Part shown: positions 24,701 through 39,700 of the stretch, piece after piece
How positions within the stretch are numbered: the stretch's first letter is position 1
Layout of the letters: each line of letters opens with the position of its first letter
Origin: Chiloscyllium plagiosum
Lineage: Eukaryota
Length of the DNA: 64,000 nucleotides
Reading direction: 5' to 3'
Assembly (NCBI RefSeq): GCF_004010195.1
Contig: NC_057750.1
Coordinates: 9,806,062-9,870,061, forward strand
Notes under the pieces: model-generated
Told to the model about the DNA's origin: nothing
What the model saw: only the letters and a program-made list of their open reading frames with translations
Databases searched by the model: none
Position numbers and translations under genes: made by a program

Positions 24701-27700
24701 TTTCCTCCGGGTGCTCCGGTTTCCTCGCACAGTCCAAAGAGGTGCAGGTTAGGTGAACTGGCCATGCTAAATTGCCCATGGTGTTAGGTGCATTAGTCAG
24801 AGCGAAATGGGTCTGGGTGAGTTACTCTTTGGAGGGTCGGTATGCACTGGTTGGGCTGAAGGGCCTGTTTCTATACTGTAGGGAATCTAACCTAATCTAA
24901 ACCCTGCCATAATCATTTACACCTTTGTCAGATTATGCTTTGAACAATCTCAGCCTTTCCAGCCAGACCTTGCAGCTAAAATCCTGAAACCGTTCTGGTA
25001 AATCTCCTTTCTGCTGTTTCAAAGTCCCTCACATCCTTCTTAAAATGTGGTGACTGGAGCTGGGGCAGCACGGTGGCTCAATGGTTAACACTGCTGCCTC
25101 ACAGCACCAGGGCCTCTCTGGTTCGATTCCAGCTTCGGGCGACTGTGTGGACTTGCCACAATCTCCCCGCGTCTGCATGAGTTTCCTCCCACCATCCAAA
25201 GATTAGGTGGGTTGGTGATGCTAACGTGCACAGGGACATGCAGGGTTATGGGGGGTGGTCTGGGTGGGATGCTCTTCGGAGGTGGTGTGGATTCGATGGG
25301 CTGAATGGCCTGCTTCTACACTATAGGGATTCTATGAATACTCCAGTTGCAGCCTGACCAGGGTTTTATGCAGATTCAGTGTTACTTTCCTGCTAGAGAT
25401 TCAAATGAATCACTGTAACAATGTAATGACAGTTTTGCATCATAGGTGGACAGGGTGCTAAAGACATTTGGCATTGCTTGCCTTTATTGCTCAGATGACT
25501 GAATATTAGAGTCGGGACATCACGTTACAGTTGCACCTGACTTTGGTGAGGCTTTTTTTTGCAGTAGCAGGTACATTGCTGGTCACACTGCTATAGGAAG
25601 GGTATTATTAAATTGAAGAGGGTTCAGAAAAGATGGACAAGGATGCTACCAGGACTGGAGGGTTTGAGTTATGAGGAGAAGCTGGATAGACTGGGACTTT
25701 TTCCCCCTGGAGAGTAGGAGGTTGAGGTGTGACCTTATTGAGCTTTATAAAAACATGAGGGGCATGGCTACGATGAGTAGCAAAAGTATTTTCCATAGGG
25801 TGAGGGAGGTCAAAACTGGAGGGCATATTTTCAAGGTGACAGGAGAAAGAGTTAAAAAGGGACCTGAAGGGCAATCTTTTCACACTGAGGGTGGTTCTTA
25901 TGTGGAATGGACTGCCAGCGGTAATAGCAGATGCAGGTACAATTACAATATTTAAAAGACATTTGGACAGCTACATGGATAGGAATGGTTTAGAGGGATA
26001 TGGAGAATCGACGTTTCGGGCATAAGCCCTTCTTCAGCCCTTCATTGAAACATTCCTGAAGAAGGGCTTATGCCCGAAATGTCGATTCTCCTGTTCCCTG
26101 GATGCTGCCTGACCTGTTGCGCTTCTCCAGCAACACATTGTCAGCTCTGAACTCCAGCATCTGCAGACCTCACTTTCTCCTCCTTAGAGGGATATGGGCC
26201 AAATACAGGCAAATGGGACCAGGTTGCTTGGCATGGATGAGTTGGACTGAAGGGTCAGTTTCTGTCCTGTATGACTCTATAACTTTATGAATCTATTACA
26301 AATCGAGTCCTCTTGCAATCAGGGAATATGAAGGCGGCCTTAATGAGATACTGTGGCTGCCCTGGGGTGCAACAGAACACCAAGGTCTTTCTTTCAATCG
26401 TCGATCACACCTGGTACATTAGGGGCACCAAACCCGGGATGAAATGCGAGGTCTACTTTAATGCTGCCACTCCTGACTCGTGCATCTTCCACTTGCCAGG
26501 CCACACAGCAGCACAGTAACACCATGGTGAGCTGGCACTGAAGATTTTCAACAGAAGCAAGCTGTTTGAGCCGGAGGATCTTAAAGACATGTCCCAAAAG
26601 TTCCCAGCTTACAGACAAAGCAAATTGTTCCACAATTTCAAGAAGCAACAGCCTTGAGATTAAACCAATGCTCCCCCACTTAATTCACACTCTGACACAG
26701 AGTCCTTGCTGCTCTAAACCAGACTTTGCTGTGGCATTTCAAGAAAGCAGAGCTTCTTCCAGGTTGACCATCAGGCTTTCAAAATATGCCATTGAGGATA
26801 CTGTGGCTTTAAGAGGCGTGTTTCTCATACAGACAGAGAGACTGCAGAACAGGTGCCTAGTAGTCTATGAGAACATAAACAACTTCAGAAGCCTTGAGTG
26901 CTTTTTTTTGAAGAAAAGGTTGGAACAATAGAAGCATCCTGAATGGGTGTGGTCAAGATCCCATCCTCAGAACCAGGGATTTTGTTTTCAGCAGCGGTGG
27001 CTGTGTGGGTCAAGAAAAAGTGGAAGCTATTTTGCCCTCTCTTGATGACAGACAAAATCTGGGGATTCTCTTCCTGGGCTGCTGGAGTTGCATGCGAGAC
27101 AAAATCTCTTTTTTGAATTTGCCTTTTTGCCAAGGGGTGTGTTTATGGCATGTTACTACTTTGAAACAGTTAATTAGTTATAATTACTGTATCTATTATT
27201 CTGTTAAGTTTTCCAATGAAGTTAACTTAGTCCACGTTTTTCTATCTTTTGTTGTATTTTAACTATAGTGCTCGAATAAATTGTGTTTTGTTTAATGTTG
27301 GACCCAACTGAATTGCCTCTGGAACACATTTACATTTAAAATAAGACAAAATGTGAGTCCAGGCTACGTTCTTAATATATTTGAGGGGTTTTGGGTCTGG
27401 TCCACAACAGGGCAGAGTTAGGAACAAGAAGCCAAAAATATAATGAAAATAGTTTTATTTCACAATGTAGGTTTGCTCGCTGAGCTGGAAGGTACAGCGA
27501 GCAAACCTAAACCTAGAACCTCAACCTGAGCTACAAATCTTCTCAAAAACCCACTAGTCTTATTTCACTCTGGAATTTTGTACATTTCAAAATATATTCT
27601 GTAGTCTTATGCAATAATAAACACAGCTTCATACTCACATCATCATAGTTCTTAGTTGAGGACTGTACATATGTTGATTTATCTTTTAATGTCAAGCGAG

Positions 27701-30700
27701 GGAATATCCCAGCCACTTTATTATCCCGGTCAATCTGTAACAAAATTGATCATATTACCTACGATAACTTTGAAAATATATCAGTCTAAAAGAGAAAAGC
27801 TAGGTATTCTAAGAACTTTGCCCAGACTATCCCCATTCTCTGTTCGTTCCTTTTGAAGGGTGAAGCATTATAAATTTAATCTCCCTCAAAAAGCTGGTAC
27901 AGGCATAATGGGCTGAGCTACCTCGTTCCACATCGTAATATCCCATGAACAAATTGTACACACGAAATAAGCAGCCATTCAGTAACCACAGTACTAAATG
28001 TAGGAGATTAGAATTAGGGAATACAATGGTCTCCCATTTAAATCAAAGATGAGGAGTATTTTGAGTGTTAGGTGCCTTTGCATCTTTCTTATGGAGTCAG
28101 GTCAGGATTATTGAATACTCTTAAGGTCGAGGTGGACAGATTCTTGACTGACAAGAGGATTATTGGTTCTCAGGAGTACATTGTAAAGTGAGGTTCAGGC
28201 CATAATCAGAGCTCTGAATGGCAGAGCAAATGGCTTACTCCTGCTCTTAGCTTGTACATTACAATCTGGTCCCTCTTGCAATCAGAAGAGAGCTCTAACA
28301 TCAGGGATGGTTCTCTAGTTCTCTCATTTCTAAAAGAAATACCTTCTTTTGTTCCTTTAGTTCAATGCAAATTAGACAGGGCAATAATAGGAAAATAACA
28401 GCTTATTTTCTTAGAGTTCAACAATGTCATTGCACGTTTTGTGATTTGTTTAGAAATAAGATGTATTGGTCATTTGTAAACAAAAATCCTCTCTGCAGTA
28501 TAACTGTACACTTCCCTTACCTTTCAGAAACAACAGTTACCGGGCGAAAAAGACCAAGCTTTATGTGAAACTAAACCAGAAATTGCTGGGAAGGCTCAGC
28601 AGGTCTGGCAGCATCCGTGGAGAGAGATCAGCTTTAAAGTTTTGGGTTCAATGACCCTTCCTCAGAACAGAGGCTCTGCGTCATACAGATGTACAGCACA
28701 GAAACAGATTCTTTGCTCCAACCCGTCCATACCGACCAGATATCCCAACCAAATCTAGCCCCACTAGCCAGCACCTGGCCCATATCTCTGTAAACCCTTC
28801 CTATTCATATACCTATCCAGATGTGTTTTTAAATGTTGCAATTGTACTGGCCTCCACCACTGGCAGCTCATTCCACAGACCTACCACACTCTGGAGTGAA
28901 AAAGTTGCTCCTTAGGTACTTTTTTATCTTTCCCCTCTCACCTGAAACCTATGCTCTCTAGTTCTGGACTCCCACACCCCAGTGAAAAGACCTTGTGTCT
29001 ATTTACTCTATCCATGCCCCTCATGACTTCGTAAACCTCTATAAGGTCACCCCTCAGCCTCCGACGCTCCAGGGAAAACAGCCCCAGCCTGTTCAGTCTC
29101 TCCCTATAGCTCAAATCCTCCAACCCTGACAACATCCTTGTTAAATCTTTTCTGAACCCTTTCAAGTTTCACAACATCCTTCCGATATTAAGGAGACCAG
29201 AATTGCACGCAATATTCCAACAGCGGCCTAACCAATGTCCTGTACAGCCGCAACATGACCTCCCAACTCCTGTACTCAATACTCTGACCAATAAAGGAAA
29301 ACATACCAAACACCTCCTTCACTATCCTATCTACCTGGACTCCACTTTTAAGGGGCTATGAACCTGCACTCCAAGGTCTCTTTGTTCAGCAACACTCCCT
29401 AGGACCTTACCATTAAGTGTATAAGTCCTGCTAAGATTTGTTTTCCCAAAATGCAGCACCTTGCATCTATTTGAATTAAACTCCATCTGCCACTCCTCAG
29501 CCCACTGGCCCATCTGAGCAAGATCCCGTTGTAATCAAAGGTAACCTTCTTCACTGCCCACTTTGGCGTCATCAGCAAACTTACTAACTGTGCCTCTTAT
29601 GCTCACATCCAAATCATTTATATAAAATACGAAACACAGTGCACCTAGCACCGATCCTTGTGGCACTCCACTGGTCACAAGCCTCCAGTCTCCCCCATCA
29701 CTCTCTGTCATCTACCTTTGAGTCAGTTCTGTATCCAAATGGCTAGTTCTCCCTGTACTCCCATGTGATCTAACCTTGCTCACCAGTCTCCCATGGGGAA
29801 CCTTGTCAAACACCTTACGTATTCGCTTACCAGCATGCTGGGTATACCTATTGCATGATAAAACAATATTGGGTTTTGATTTAATTATTACAATCAATCT
29901 CAATCAATTAGTTTACTCCAGACCCAGACACAAGATGAAGAGAACTTCTTAACAAGTTTGGAAACCACAGGTTCAAAGTTATGTGCTCCAGCCAAGCATG
30001 CGACATTCAATACTACATAATGTCTTCAAAGCATTATGGATTCAAAATGGTATTTACCAAACAAAATAAACTTTCTCAAATGCATTTGAATGAATCAATA
30101 CCAACTGCTTCTACAGTTTCTCTCGGGAGCGTCATCCACTGACTGGCCACTTGCTTTCACTGTAATATTATTCTTTCTTTGTGGGCATTACTGGCTGGGC
30201 TATCATTTATTGCCCGCCCCTGGTTGCCCTTGAGAAGGTGGTAGTGAGCTGCCTTCTTGAACCACTGCAGTCCATCTGCTGTGAGATGATCCACAATACC
30301 CTGAGGGAGGGAATTCCAGGATTTTGACCCAGCGATAGTGAAAGAACGATATATTCCCCAAGTCAAGATGGTGAGTTATTTCCGCAAAGCACTGTACAAG
30401 CTTTCGTGCAGTAGAAGAGAATGTTCTTACCCGCACATCCATGACTTTGGTGATCTTCCAAAGATCGATCAAGAGGCCAATAAATACGCTGACCTGAACC
30501 ACGAAGTTGGTTTCATTGTCCAGTATGTACAGCAACACAACACCAGACTGGAAGACACCAAAAATCACGGAGCGTACAGAGAGCCCCTCCAGGGACTGAC
30601 GGCTGTTCCAGAATTGAATGTCTGTAAAAATTAGTCACACTGATCAACTGACATCGAATATTCGGTATGAAAACAGGTAATCTTGGGACAAATGTTCTAT

Positions 30701-33700
30701 GGTGGTATTTATAAATCCACACAAAGTTCCACCTGTCTTCCCAATGCCCAGTTTGTATATACTCCCATTCCTTTCTCCCTCATGTACTCATCTAGCCTTC
30801 CCTAACGCAACGTATGCTGTTTTCCTCAACTACTCCATGTGACAGCAAGCTTTACTTTCTCTGGGTACAAAAGCTTCTCCTGAATACTCGACTGGATATC
30901 TTGGTAACCATCTTACGCTTATGGCACCAAGATTTTCCCAAACGTGGAAACATCTGCTTGACAGTCAACACTTCAGAACTCTTTAAAAACAACTTTAAGT
31001 CACCAATCAAACTTCTTTTCCTGTTCAGTCTTTCCTGATAGGTCAAAGTAATCTGTGTACACCTTGGAGCTTTCTGACAACAATCCTTTTAAAATGATGA
31101 GGTGGAGGTGCCGGGGTTGGACTGGGGTGGACAAGTTCAGAAATCACACGACACCAGGTTATGGTCCAAATGTTTATTTGAAATCACAAGCTTTCGGAGC
31201 ACGGCTCCTTTGTCAGCTGTAGTGACTTCACCTGACGAAGGAACAGTGCTCCGAAAGCTTGTGATTTCAAACGAACCTGTTGGACTAAAACCTGGTGTTA
31301 TGTGACTTCTGACTTTAAAATAACAAAACAACATCACAGTCGAAGCACAGCTTGGAACTGCAGCTTTATCAGAAGTTTCCAACTTTCATGATTTCTTCGC
31401 TACTCCTATTCTATCCAATGATCATGTGATCTCAAGTCCAGGAAGATTAAACATTGATCTTTGCTCTCTATTAATGAGTTTCTGTTGGGGTGGAGATGGA
31501 GACACTTCATGCTTCACAATAATCAGAATACTGACCCTGTAATGACCAACTGAGGAGATTTGTCGAACAAATATAAATAAAGTGCCGTGAAAGGTGAACA
31601 TTTCTGATCATTGTTATACTGGGTGTACTGGAAAGGACCGAGTTGTCTGACTGACTCTCATACAGTGGACAAGAAGGTTGTGCAGTACTAGGAAATAAAC
31701 AAGCACTTTGCAGTTATGTCTCACCATTTTTGAAAGCGAGGAATTCAAACACACTGTGCACAATTGACACAATAATAGTTACTGCTAGGAGATACGGATT
31801 GGTTTCCAACAAAGCAACCTGTCGGCAAGGAAAAGAAGAAAAACAATGGGTAGTCATATTGACAATACAGACAGCTATTTTGTAGTGAACTGTAAAGAAT
31901 AATTAAGCCCAGTACACTTACCTGGTTCTCCATCCGTTTCATGTACAACCACTTATTGGATTTCCATTTTTTTATTGCAACGTGGGCAATAGTTAGCGAA
32001 ATTGGATTTGTCCTGCTGATTATGGACAGGACAAATCCCTGGGCAATTTCCCACACTGCCAAGTAAATGCCAGAGTGTGGGTGTATTGGGATAGTTTTGC
32101 CAGAGACATTGCCAGCTCTGGAGCACAAGTCTTCAGTACTACCGAAATGGCTCTTTTGTCAGAATCATAGTCTTTGCAATAGTCAGTGTCTTTAGCTTCT
32201 TAAAATCATTTGGATTGAACTGGTTTTGCAGAAAATTAGCATCTGTGATGCTGGAGAACTAAGGAGGAAGCCGAGATAGATCAGTCACTTCTGACTGAAG
32301 ATCGCTGCCAATAGCTTTTGTTTTGCACTGATGTTTTGAACAGATCCAGTGATCGTGAAGTCATTTAACTTGGCTTTCCACAGGCTGGATCAGATTTGAA
32401 TTTATCCCACTGAGTGTGGTGGTTGTGCCACTTAATATAATTGATGGGTAACCTCAGTGTGAAGATAGAGCTTTGACTCCACAAGCACTGTGTGGTTGTC
32501 AATCCTATTAATATTGTCTGGTAGACAAGGTCTGGTTGGCTTGTCACTCGATGTGTCCCTCACCATCTCTCAAGCTCAGCACGGCAAGATATATCATCTA
32601 GGACATGGCCAGCTTAACCTCAATCAGTAGTGGTGCTACCAAGATACTCTTGTAGACAGACAATGAGGCCCTCCATTGACAGCATTATATGTAGCACTGT
32701 CATCTTCAGTTCGTCTTCCAAATGGTACTTAATACAGAACTGATTCATCAGCAGAGGGAGGGTGGTATCGACAGGAGGTGCCCTTGCCAGTTTTTGACCT
32801 GATGCTATGAGACAATGCAGTAGTTTGGTATAACCGAGTGTTTTACTTGGCCACTTCAGAGGACCTTAAGAGTCAACCGCACTGCAGATGGCCTGGTGTC
32901 ACATGGAGCCTGGACCAGGTAATGACAGGTGTCCTGACAGAAGTAGTGAACAAGACGGGGATTTTATGACAATCAATGATAGCTTTGTGGTCGCAGTTAC
33001 GGAGGTTAGCTCCAATCCCAGAAATTTTTTAAAAATCAATTAACTGAATTTATCAAGTAAGTTTAAATTTCAGGAGCTGCCACAGTGGGACATGAAGTCC
33101 ACAGCCCCAGAGCATTAGTCTTCACATCTGGATTACTGGCTTACCACCATTGCAAGTCTGCCCTTGCAAGTTCCACATTCGGCGTTTCACTGAACTCCCA
33201 ATTGGATTTCTTAATGACTATTTTATTAACAGCCTCTCCCACATATGGAAACATCAGACCTTTTTCCTTCTTCAAACCCTGTAGAATTTTAAGAGCCATT
33301 TCGGTCAACTCTCAGCCTCCATTTCCTTCCCCCGGCCAGGAGAAAGGAGTCACAGCCTGACTAAATCAAGAAAGCAGAAAGTATTTGGGCCCAATTGCTA
33401 AAATCATCGAATGGTTTAAAAAAAAAACCTAAAAATGGAAACATAACCGTGACAAAAAGTCAACAGTCACTAAGCAAATCCTGATCTTCCTTTCACACAG
33501 TGGAACAAACTGGCAAAATGCATTAAATCCTGCCTGCTTTATGGTTAATTTCACTGATAGGTAGATACTAAAGAATGACATAACAGTGAAGGAGGCTGCT
33601 CAGCTCATTGTGACCACATTAGTTAGCCCACCAGTCTCACTCCCTCTGTGTCTTTTCTCTAAAATTTCTTCACCGTTGCACAGTTGTGACAAAAACGTCA

Positions 33701-36700
33701 GTCACTATTTTGCCGCCATTGCTAAATTGGTCATCGGGGGAAGCGAACATTCAAGTAGCTGCCGATCTGTTGGAATGCTGTAAACTTACAGGAGCTCACA
33801 AGACTCCCAATCTCTCAAACCTTTGCAATGGAGTTAACAAAGAAAATTAAGGTCGGATGATGCAAGTCAATATTGAAGGGAGAACATTGGAAAGCATTTC
33901 TCAAGATATTTAACTGTCACCATAGCAACCAAGATATCAAATACTATTTCCACATCAATTTCAGTATTTGCGTAGCTGGGGTAACTGAGCCGCAGTCAAT
34001 TTATGGTTTCCACTGAGATGGAACGATAATTCCATTGGGGCGGCACAGTGGTTAGCACTGTTACCTCACAGTACCAGGAACCTGGGTTCAATTCCACTCT
34101 CGGGCGACTGTCTGTGTGGAGTTTGCACATTCTCCCCGTGTCCGCATGGGTTTCCTCCGGGTGCTCCGGTTTCCTCCCACAGTCCAAAGATGTGCAGGTC
34201 AGGTGAACTGGCTATGCTAATTTGCCCATACTGCTAGGTGCATTAGTCAGAGGGAAATGGGTCTGGGTGGGTTACACTTCAGAGGGTCAGTGTGGATTTA
34301 CTGGGCCTGTTTCCACACTGTAGGGAATCTAATCTAATCTAATAATTCCTTCTAGTCTGTTTTCATTTTAAAGTAACTGAGGAAACTAGTTCATTTGTAT
34401 TCAATACTGTACAGGTTCTGGGTGTACTGGCATCAGAGCTGTGAGCCCCTGCAATTAGCATCCCGACTTAGTAAAGAGTTCAATGTATAAAACTCTGAAC
34501 GGAGCCTATAGTCCCTTGCTGCAAGACTCTGCTATTGGCACAGCTCCAAAATAACAGGTCTCCGCAGACAGGAAAAGTAATAGCATTTCAAATATTCTCA
34601 GGAGGGAGAAGCTTTTTAATCGAGCTAGATTTTAGCAGGATGGTGAATCAAGCGAAAGGTTTCTTCACTCCCTCATGAAAGTACTGGTTTATATTGCAGT
34701 ACAGGTATGCGGTGGGCATTCTGCATCTGCAAGACCACAATGAAAAGGTATTTAGGTAATTCGTTTGGAATGAGGAGGGAGGAGATTTAACACCGACTCA
34801 GTCGGTACTCACACGAGAACCACAAGATCATTTGTTAAGCTCAGTAGATATTGATTTCAAGTGAAGCTCCTGCAATGATTGCATGCTGCTCCTCAACAGC
34901 ACTCATCAAATGATCCGCACCAAGACTGGGGATCATATCTCTGTCTATTACAGGAGATCACTAAATAATGCATTCGTTAAAGTAGTGAGGAATTACTGTG
35001 CTGGATTTCAAACAGTAACCAATTAAATCGGTAAGTGGTTGGGTAATAGGAGAGCGTAGGAGTGAAAGGAACATTCTTCAATTGGTACAAGGTGACTCCT
35101 CAGGAATCGGTCTTGACATCTGAATGTTTCACCATATTAATAACCTGACTAAAAGAAGAGAGAGTGGGATATCCATGTTTGCAAAGCACACAAAATAAGG
35201 AGGCATAGGAGGAGGAAAATTAGAGCGTTAAGCGAGCAGGGTCACAAAGAGAGGAAACCTGAAGCCATCCACTTTGGATCCAAGAAAGTCAGATTTGTTT
35301 TCTCATTGATTGAAACCAGTGACCTTGGAATATGTTCATCAGATGTGCTTGTCACTGGCAAGGGGTGTTATTTGTTGCCCATCCCCAATTGCCTTTGAGC
35401 TGAGTGGCTTACTAGAGCCATTTCAGAGGGCAGTTAAGAGTCAACCACATTGCTGTTGGTCTGGAGTGGACAGTGCAAGGACGGATTTCCTTTCCTAAAA
35501 AGCCATTAGTGAACAAGAGGGGCCTTTGTGACAATTGATGTTAATTACTGAGACTGGCTTTCAATTTGAAATTTACTTATCAAATCTACTTATCACCAGC
35601 TCCCATCATCTTAGCCATGGAATTACAGTATTAGCCTGGACCTCCGAATTACTACCTCAGACATAATACTACGACACCATCTTCACTGCTTCACAGATTC
35701 ACTATAGTTAAATGGTTGGATTATGTGAATTGGTTCTGAAAGCCTTGAAGGTATACCCTCAAGTTTAGAAGATTGAGGTGCTTTACGTTATTCAGGATCG
35801 TTATAGGGCAGACAGACGGAAATTTCTTCTAGGGAGAAGGTCTGGAGAAATCAAAAACAAGAGGTCACAATCTTAAATTACAGCTAGGCCAGCTAGGCAT
35901 GAAATCAGGTTACCCTTCCTCCTCCACACTAAAGGCAGTAAAAATCTCCCCTCCAAAAAGCTGGGAATGTTTTTCCTTTGTTCCTTCATCAGATTCTGGT
36001 GTGGCTGGTGACACCAGCGTTTGCTGCCTGCCCTGCACTGCCCTTGAACTGAATGGCCTCCTCCATCATTTCAGAGGGCGGTCAAGAGTCAACCACCATT
36101 ATTGTGTGCCTGGAGTCACACGTAGGCCAGACTGGATGAGGGCAGCTAATTCCCTTTCCTACAGGATGCCAGCAAACCAGTTAGGTTTTTACAACAATTG
36201 TGGCCACTGTTAGAGACTAACTTTACACTCCAGATGTATTAATTGAATTTACATTCAGCCAGTTATCATGGGGGGATCTGAACCATGTCCCCAAGAGTAT
36301 TAGCCTGGATCTCAGGATTACTTACCCACTACATCATCGCCTGTCCCAAAGGATGCTGAAACTTTCAAGATGAGGATTAAGAGACGTCTGGCAGTTTGAG
36401 GGTATTTGGGGGATATGGAGAAGGGTAGGATAAATGGACACTGTGGTACAAATTAACTGGAATCTAATAGAACAGTGGCACAAGTTGTAACAGGTCGAAT
36501 GGTCTATTTATGCTGTGACATTGCTCTGTGTCTACTGAGCTTTTCAGGAAACTATAAGCAGTGCTCTATGCCTATGACAACCAGGCTGACCAACAGAATC
36601 AAGAACGTTACTTGTACTGGATACTAAAAGGATAACTAACCTTAACGGAATCCTGCTCCTCATCTGGTTGGTCATACAAATCCTCCCCCCAGAAATTCCA

Positions 36701-39700
36701 CGGGGATTTGGTACTCTGCGCCGCGTATAGCTGCCATTTCCACAGCGACAACGGGCAGTAAGTCATACGCAAAGGGAGTTTCTCCAGGGAGGCATTGATG
36801 GGGAAGTAGTCCTTCTGTAGATTCCAGTAATCATTGAAATAAATGATTGGATAATAGTCACCGCTGACTGGATCAAACTTCACATCTGTTGGAAAATCCA
36901 AACAGGACCCAAATGCAATGTCACTCAACTTGACAACTTATAGGTATTCCATGACTCTACTTGTATATCACATAAGAAAGATTTAATTTGTAGCTGAACA
37001 ACGCTGGAGAATCTAGGTATAGCTTTTTGTGATGACCACCAGGCAATCTCGGCTAGAAATTCCACTCAATTGGGTGGCTCAGTGGTTAGCACTGCTGCCT
37101 GACAGCACCGGAAACCAAGGCTTCATTCCACCCCCAAAAGCTTGTGATTTGAAACGAGCCTGTTGGACTATAACCTGGTGTCGTGTGACTGCCTGTGTGG
37201 AGTTTACACATTCTCTCTGCGTCTGCATGGATTTCCAGTTTCCTTCCACAGTCCAAAGTTGTGCAGACTAATGGACTGGCCACATAAAATTACCCTGTCG
37301 TGACCAGGGATGTGCAGGCTAGGTGGGTTAGCCATGGGAAATGCATGGTTGTGAGGACAGGGTAGGGAACGAATCTGGGTGGGATGCCCTTCAGAGGATC
37401 AGTGTGGATTTGATGGGCCGTATTGCTTGCATCCGCACTGCAGGGATTCTATGATTCAAACATACGAAAAGCAAGATCACCATTTGTATGGCACATCTCA
37501 TGAGCAACTTATGTCTCAAAGATTTTACAGCCAGTTAAGTACGTTTTGAAGTGTAATCAGTACTGTAAAGCAGGAAACAGTCACTAATTTTGCACATAGC
37601 AAACTGGGACAAACTAGAATGCAAGCATGATCAGATAATCTGTTTATGTGACACTGAGGGATGAACAGTGGCCTGCACACCAGGGATAAATCCCTTACCC
37701 TTCATAATAAGGATCGTTTATATGTGCGAGAGCAAGTAAATTGGCCTAGGTTTAATGTTTCATCCAAAAGATGGCACCTTCAACAGTGCAGCACACCCTC
37801 AGTACTGAACAAACAAAACAGGTACAAAGGAGAGGAGTTATCAAGACAATGTTGAATTTGAATTCCTTTCATGTAATGGCATATATATGTTAAAAATGTT
37901 TATATAAGAAAAAAAGTGAAACTACTGATTCACAATCAAACCAGTGTTTTCTCTAACACAAAGAATGCTGGTGAAATCAGCAGATCTGCAGCATCATAGA
38001 GAGAGAAACAGACATAATGCTACAAACTTGGTATGACACGTCTTCAGAACTGACTAAGGGTCACAGACTCAGATGTGCAGACTAGAAACAGACCATTTGG
38101 TCCAACTCATCCATGCTGACCAGATATCCTAAATTAATCTAGTCCCATTTGCCAGCACTTGGTCCATATTCCTCTAAGCCCCTCATATCCATGATGTGGA
38201 GGTACTGAGGAGGTCAAAGTCAGAAGTCACATGACACCAGGTTATAGTCCAACAGGCTCATTTCAAATCACAAGCTTTCAGAGTGCTGCTCCTTCGGACT
38301 TCACCTGATGAAGGAGCAGCGCTCCAAAAGCTTGTGATTACAAATAAACCTGTTGGACTATAACCTGATGTTGTGTGACTTCTGACCCTTCCTATCCATG
38401 TACCTATCCAAGTGTTTTTTAAGTGTTGTAATTGTACCAGCCTCCACCACTTCCTCTGGCAGCTCATTCCATACACGCACCACCCTCTGTGTGAACAAGT
38501 TAGCCCTTAGGACCCTTTTATTTCTTTCTCCTCTCACCCTAAGCACATGTCCTCTAGTTTTAGGTTCCCTTACCCTGGAAAGAAACCTTTTTTAAAATAA
38601 TGAGGGGCATGAATAACAAACTATTCTAAGGTTCCCCCCTCAGCCTCCAACGCTCCAGGGAAAATAGCCCCAGCCTATTCAGCCTCTCCCTATAGCTTCA
38701 ACCCCGGTCATACAGAGTTGAAATGTTGATTCTATTTCTCTGTCCACAGATGCTACCAGACCTGCTGTGGTTCTGCAACATTCTCTGATAATTTCAGATT
38801 TCCAGCAAGTGGTAATGCTTTCAGTTCAGCATTTAACTCTGTGCAGTTTCTTTAATTACACTCTCTAATGATTACCACCCAGTACTTTGGAACTTGTCAC
38901 AGGGATGGGCAGTCATGTGTCACCTTGCCTCATGCAGTCAAACCTTTGTCCTTTACTCAGAAGGTTTGGGGTGCTCCCAGCAAATTCTTGGACCTGAATA
39001 CATAATTTAAGCTGGCCCCACGGGAATGCCAAGTCATCCAAGTATCTTTGCAAGGACAAGACATTAGAACTAAAGCCTCGTCTGAGAGTTCAGCAAGCTA
39101 TAAACAAACATCACTGCAAATGTGAAGAGCAGAGGGCTCCTGATATCCCAGTCAACATTTCTTCCTCATAATCATGTTAAGACAGTCATCTATTTCATAT
39201 CCAATTCTTAGGATTAAACTACATACATCAAAATAGCGTCTGCATTACAAAAGTAATTCATTGGCTATAAAGCTCTTTGGAACATGATAAGAAGGTGATA
39301 AGGTACTATATAAATATAAGTTTAACCACACTCATCCCGTAATATTTGTGCTTAAGACAAACTGCAGCTTTTTTTTTCCTGGGGAACGATATGGGCAAAG
39401 GATCAATAATGACATTGCAATGGGAAATGACCATATCATTCGCAAGAGACTTACCAAAATCAGTCACTGTGGCATATGCTCAATCTCACACATGAATTAG
39501 GAGCAGAAGGCCATTCAGCCTGCTCCACCGTTCAACAAATCCACAATCCTACCTAACCCGATAAACTCCTACCACCTTGTTTAACATTTGTGCCTTAAAA
39601 ATATTCAAAGACTTCCGCCGCCCTTTCTAGAAGAGAGTTCCAAAGACACTCAGCTTTCAAAAATATTTCAACTCGTCACCATTTTAAATGGATGACCTTG

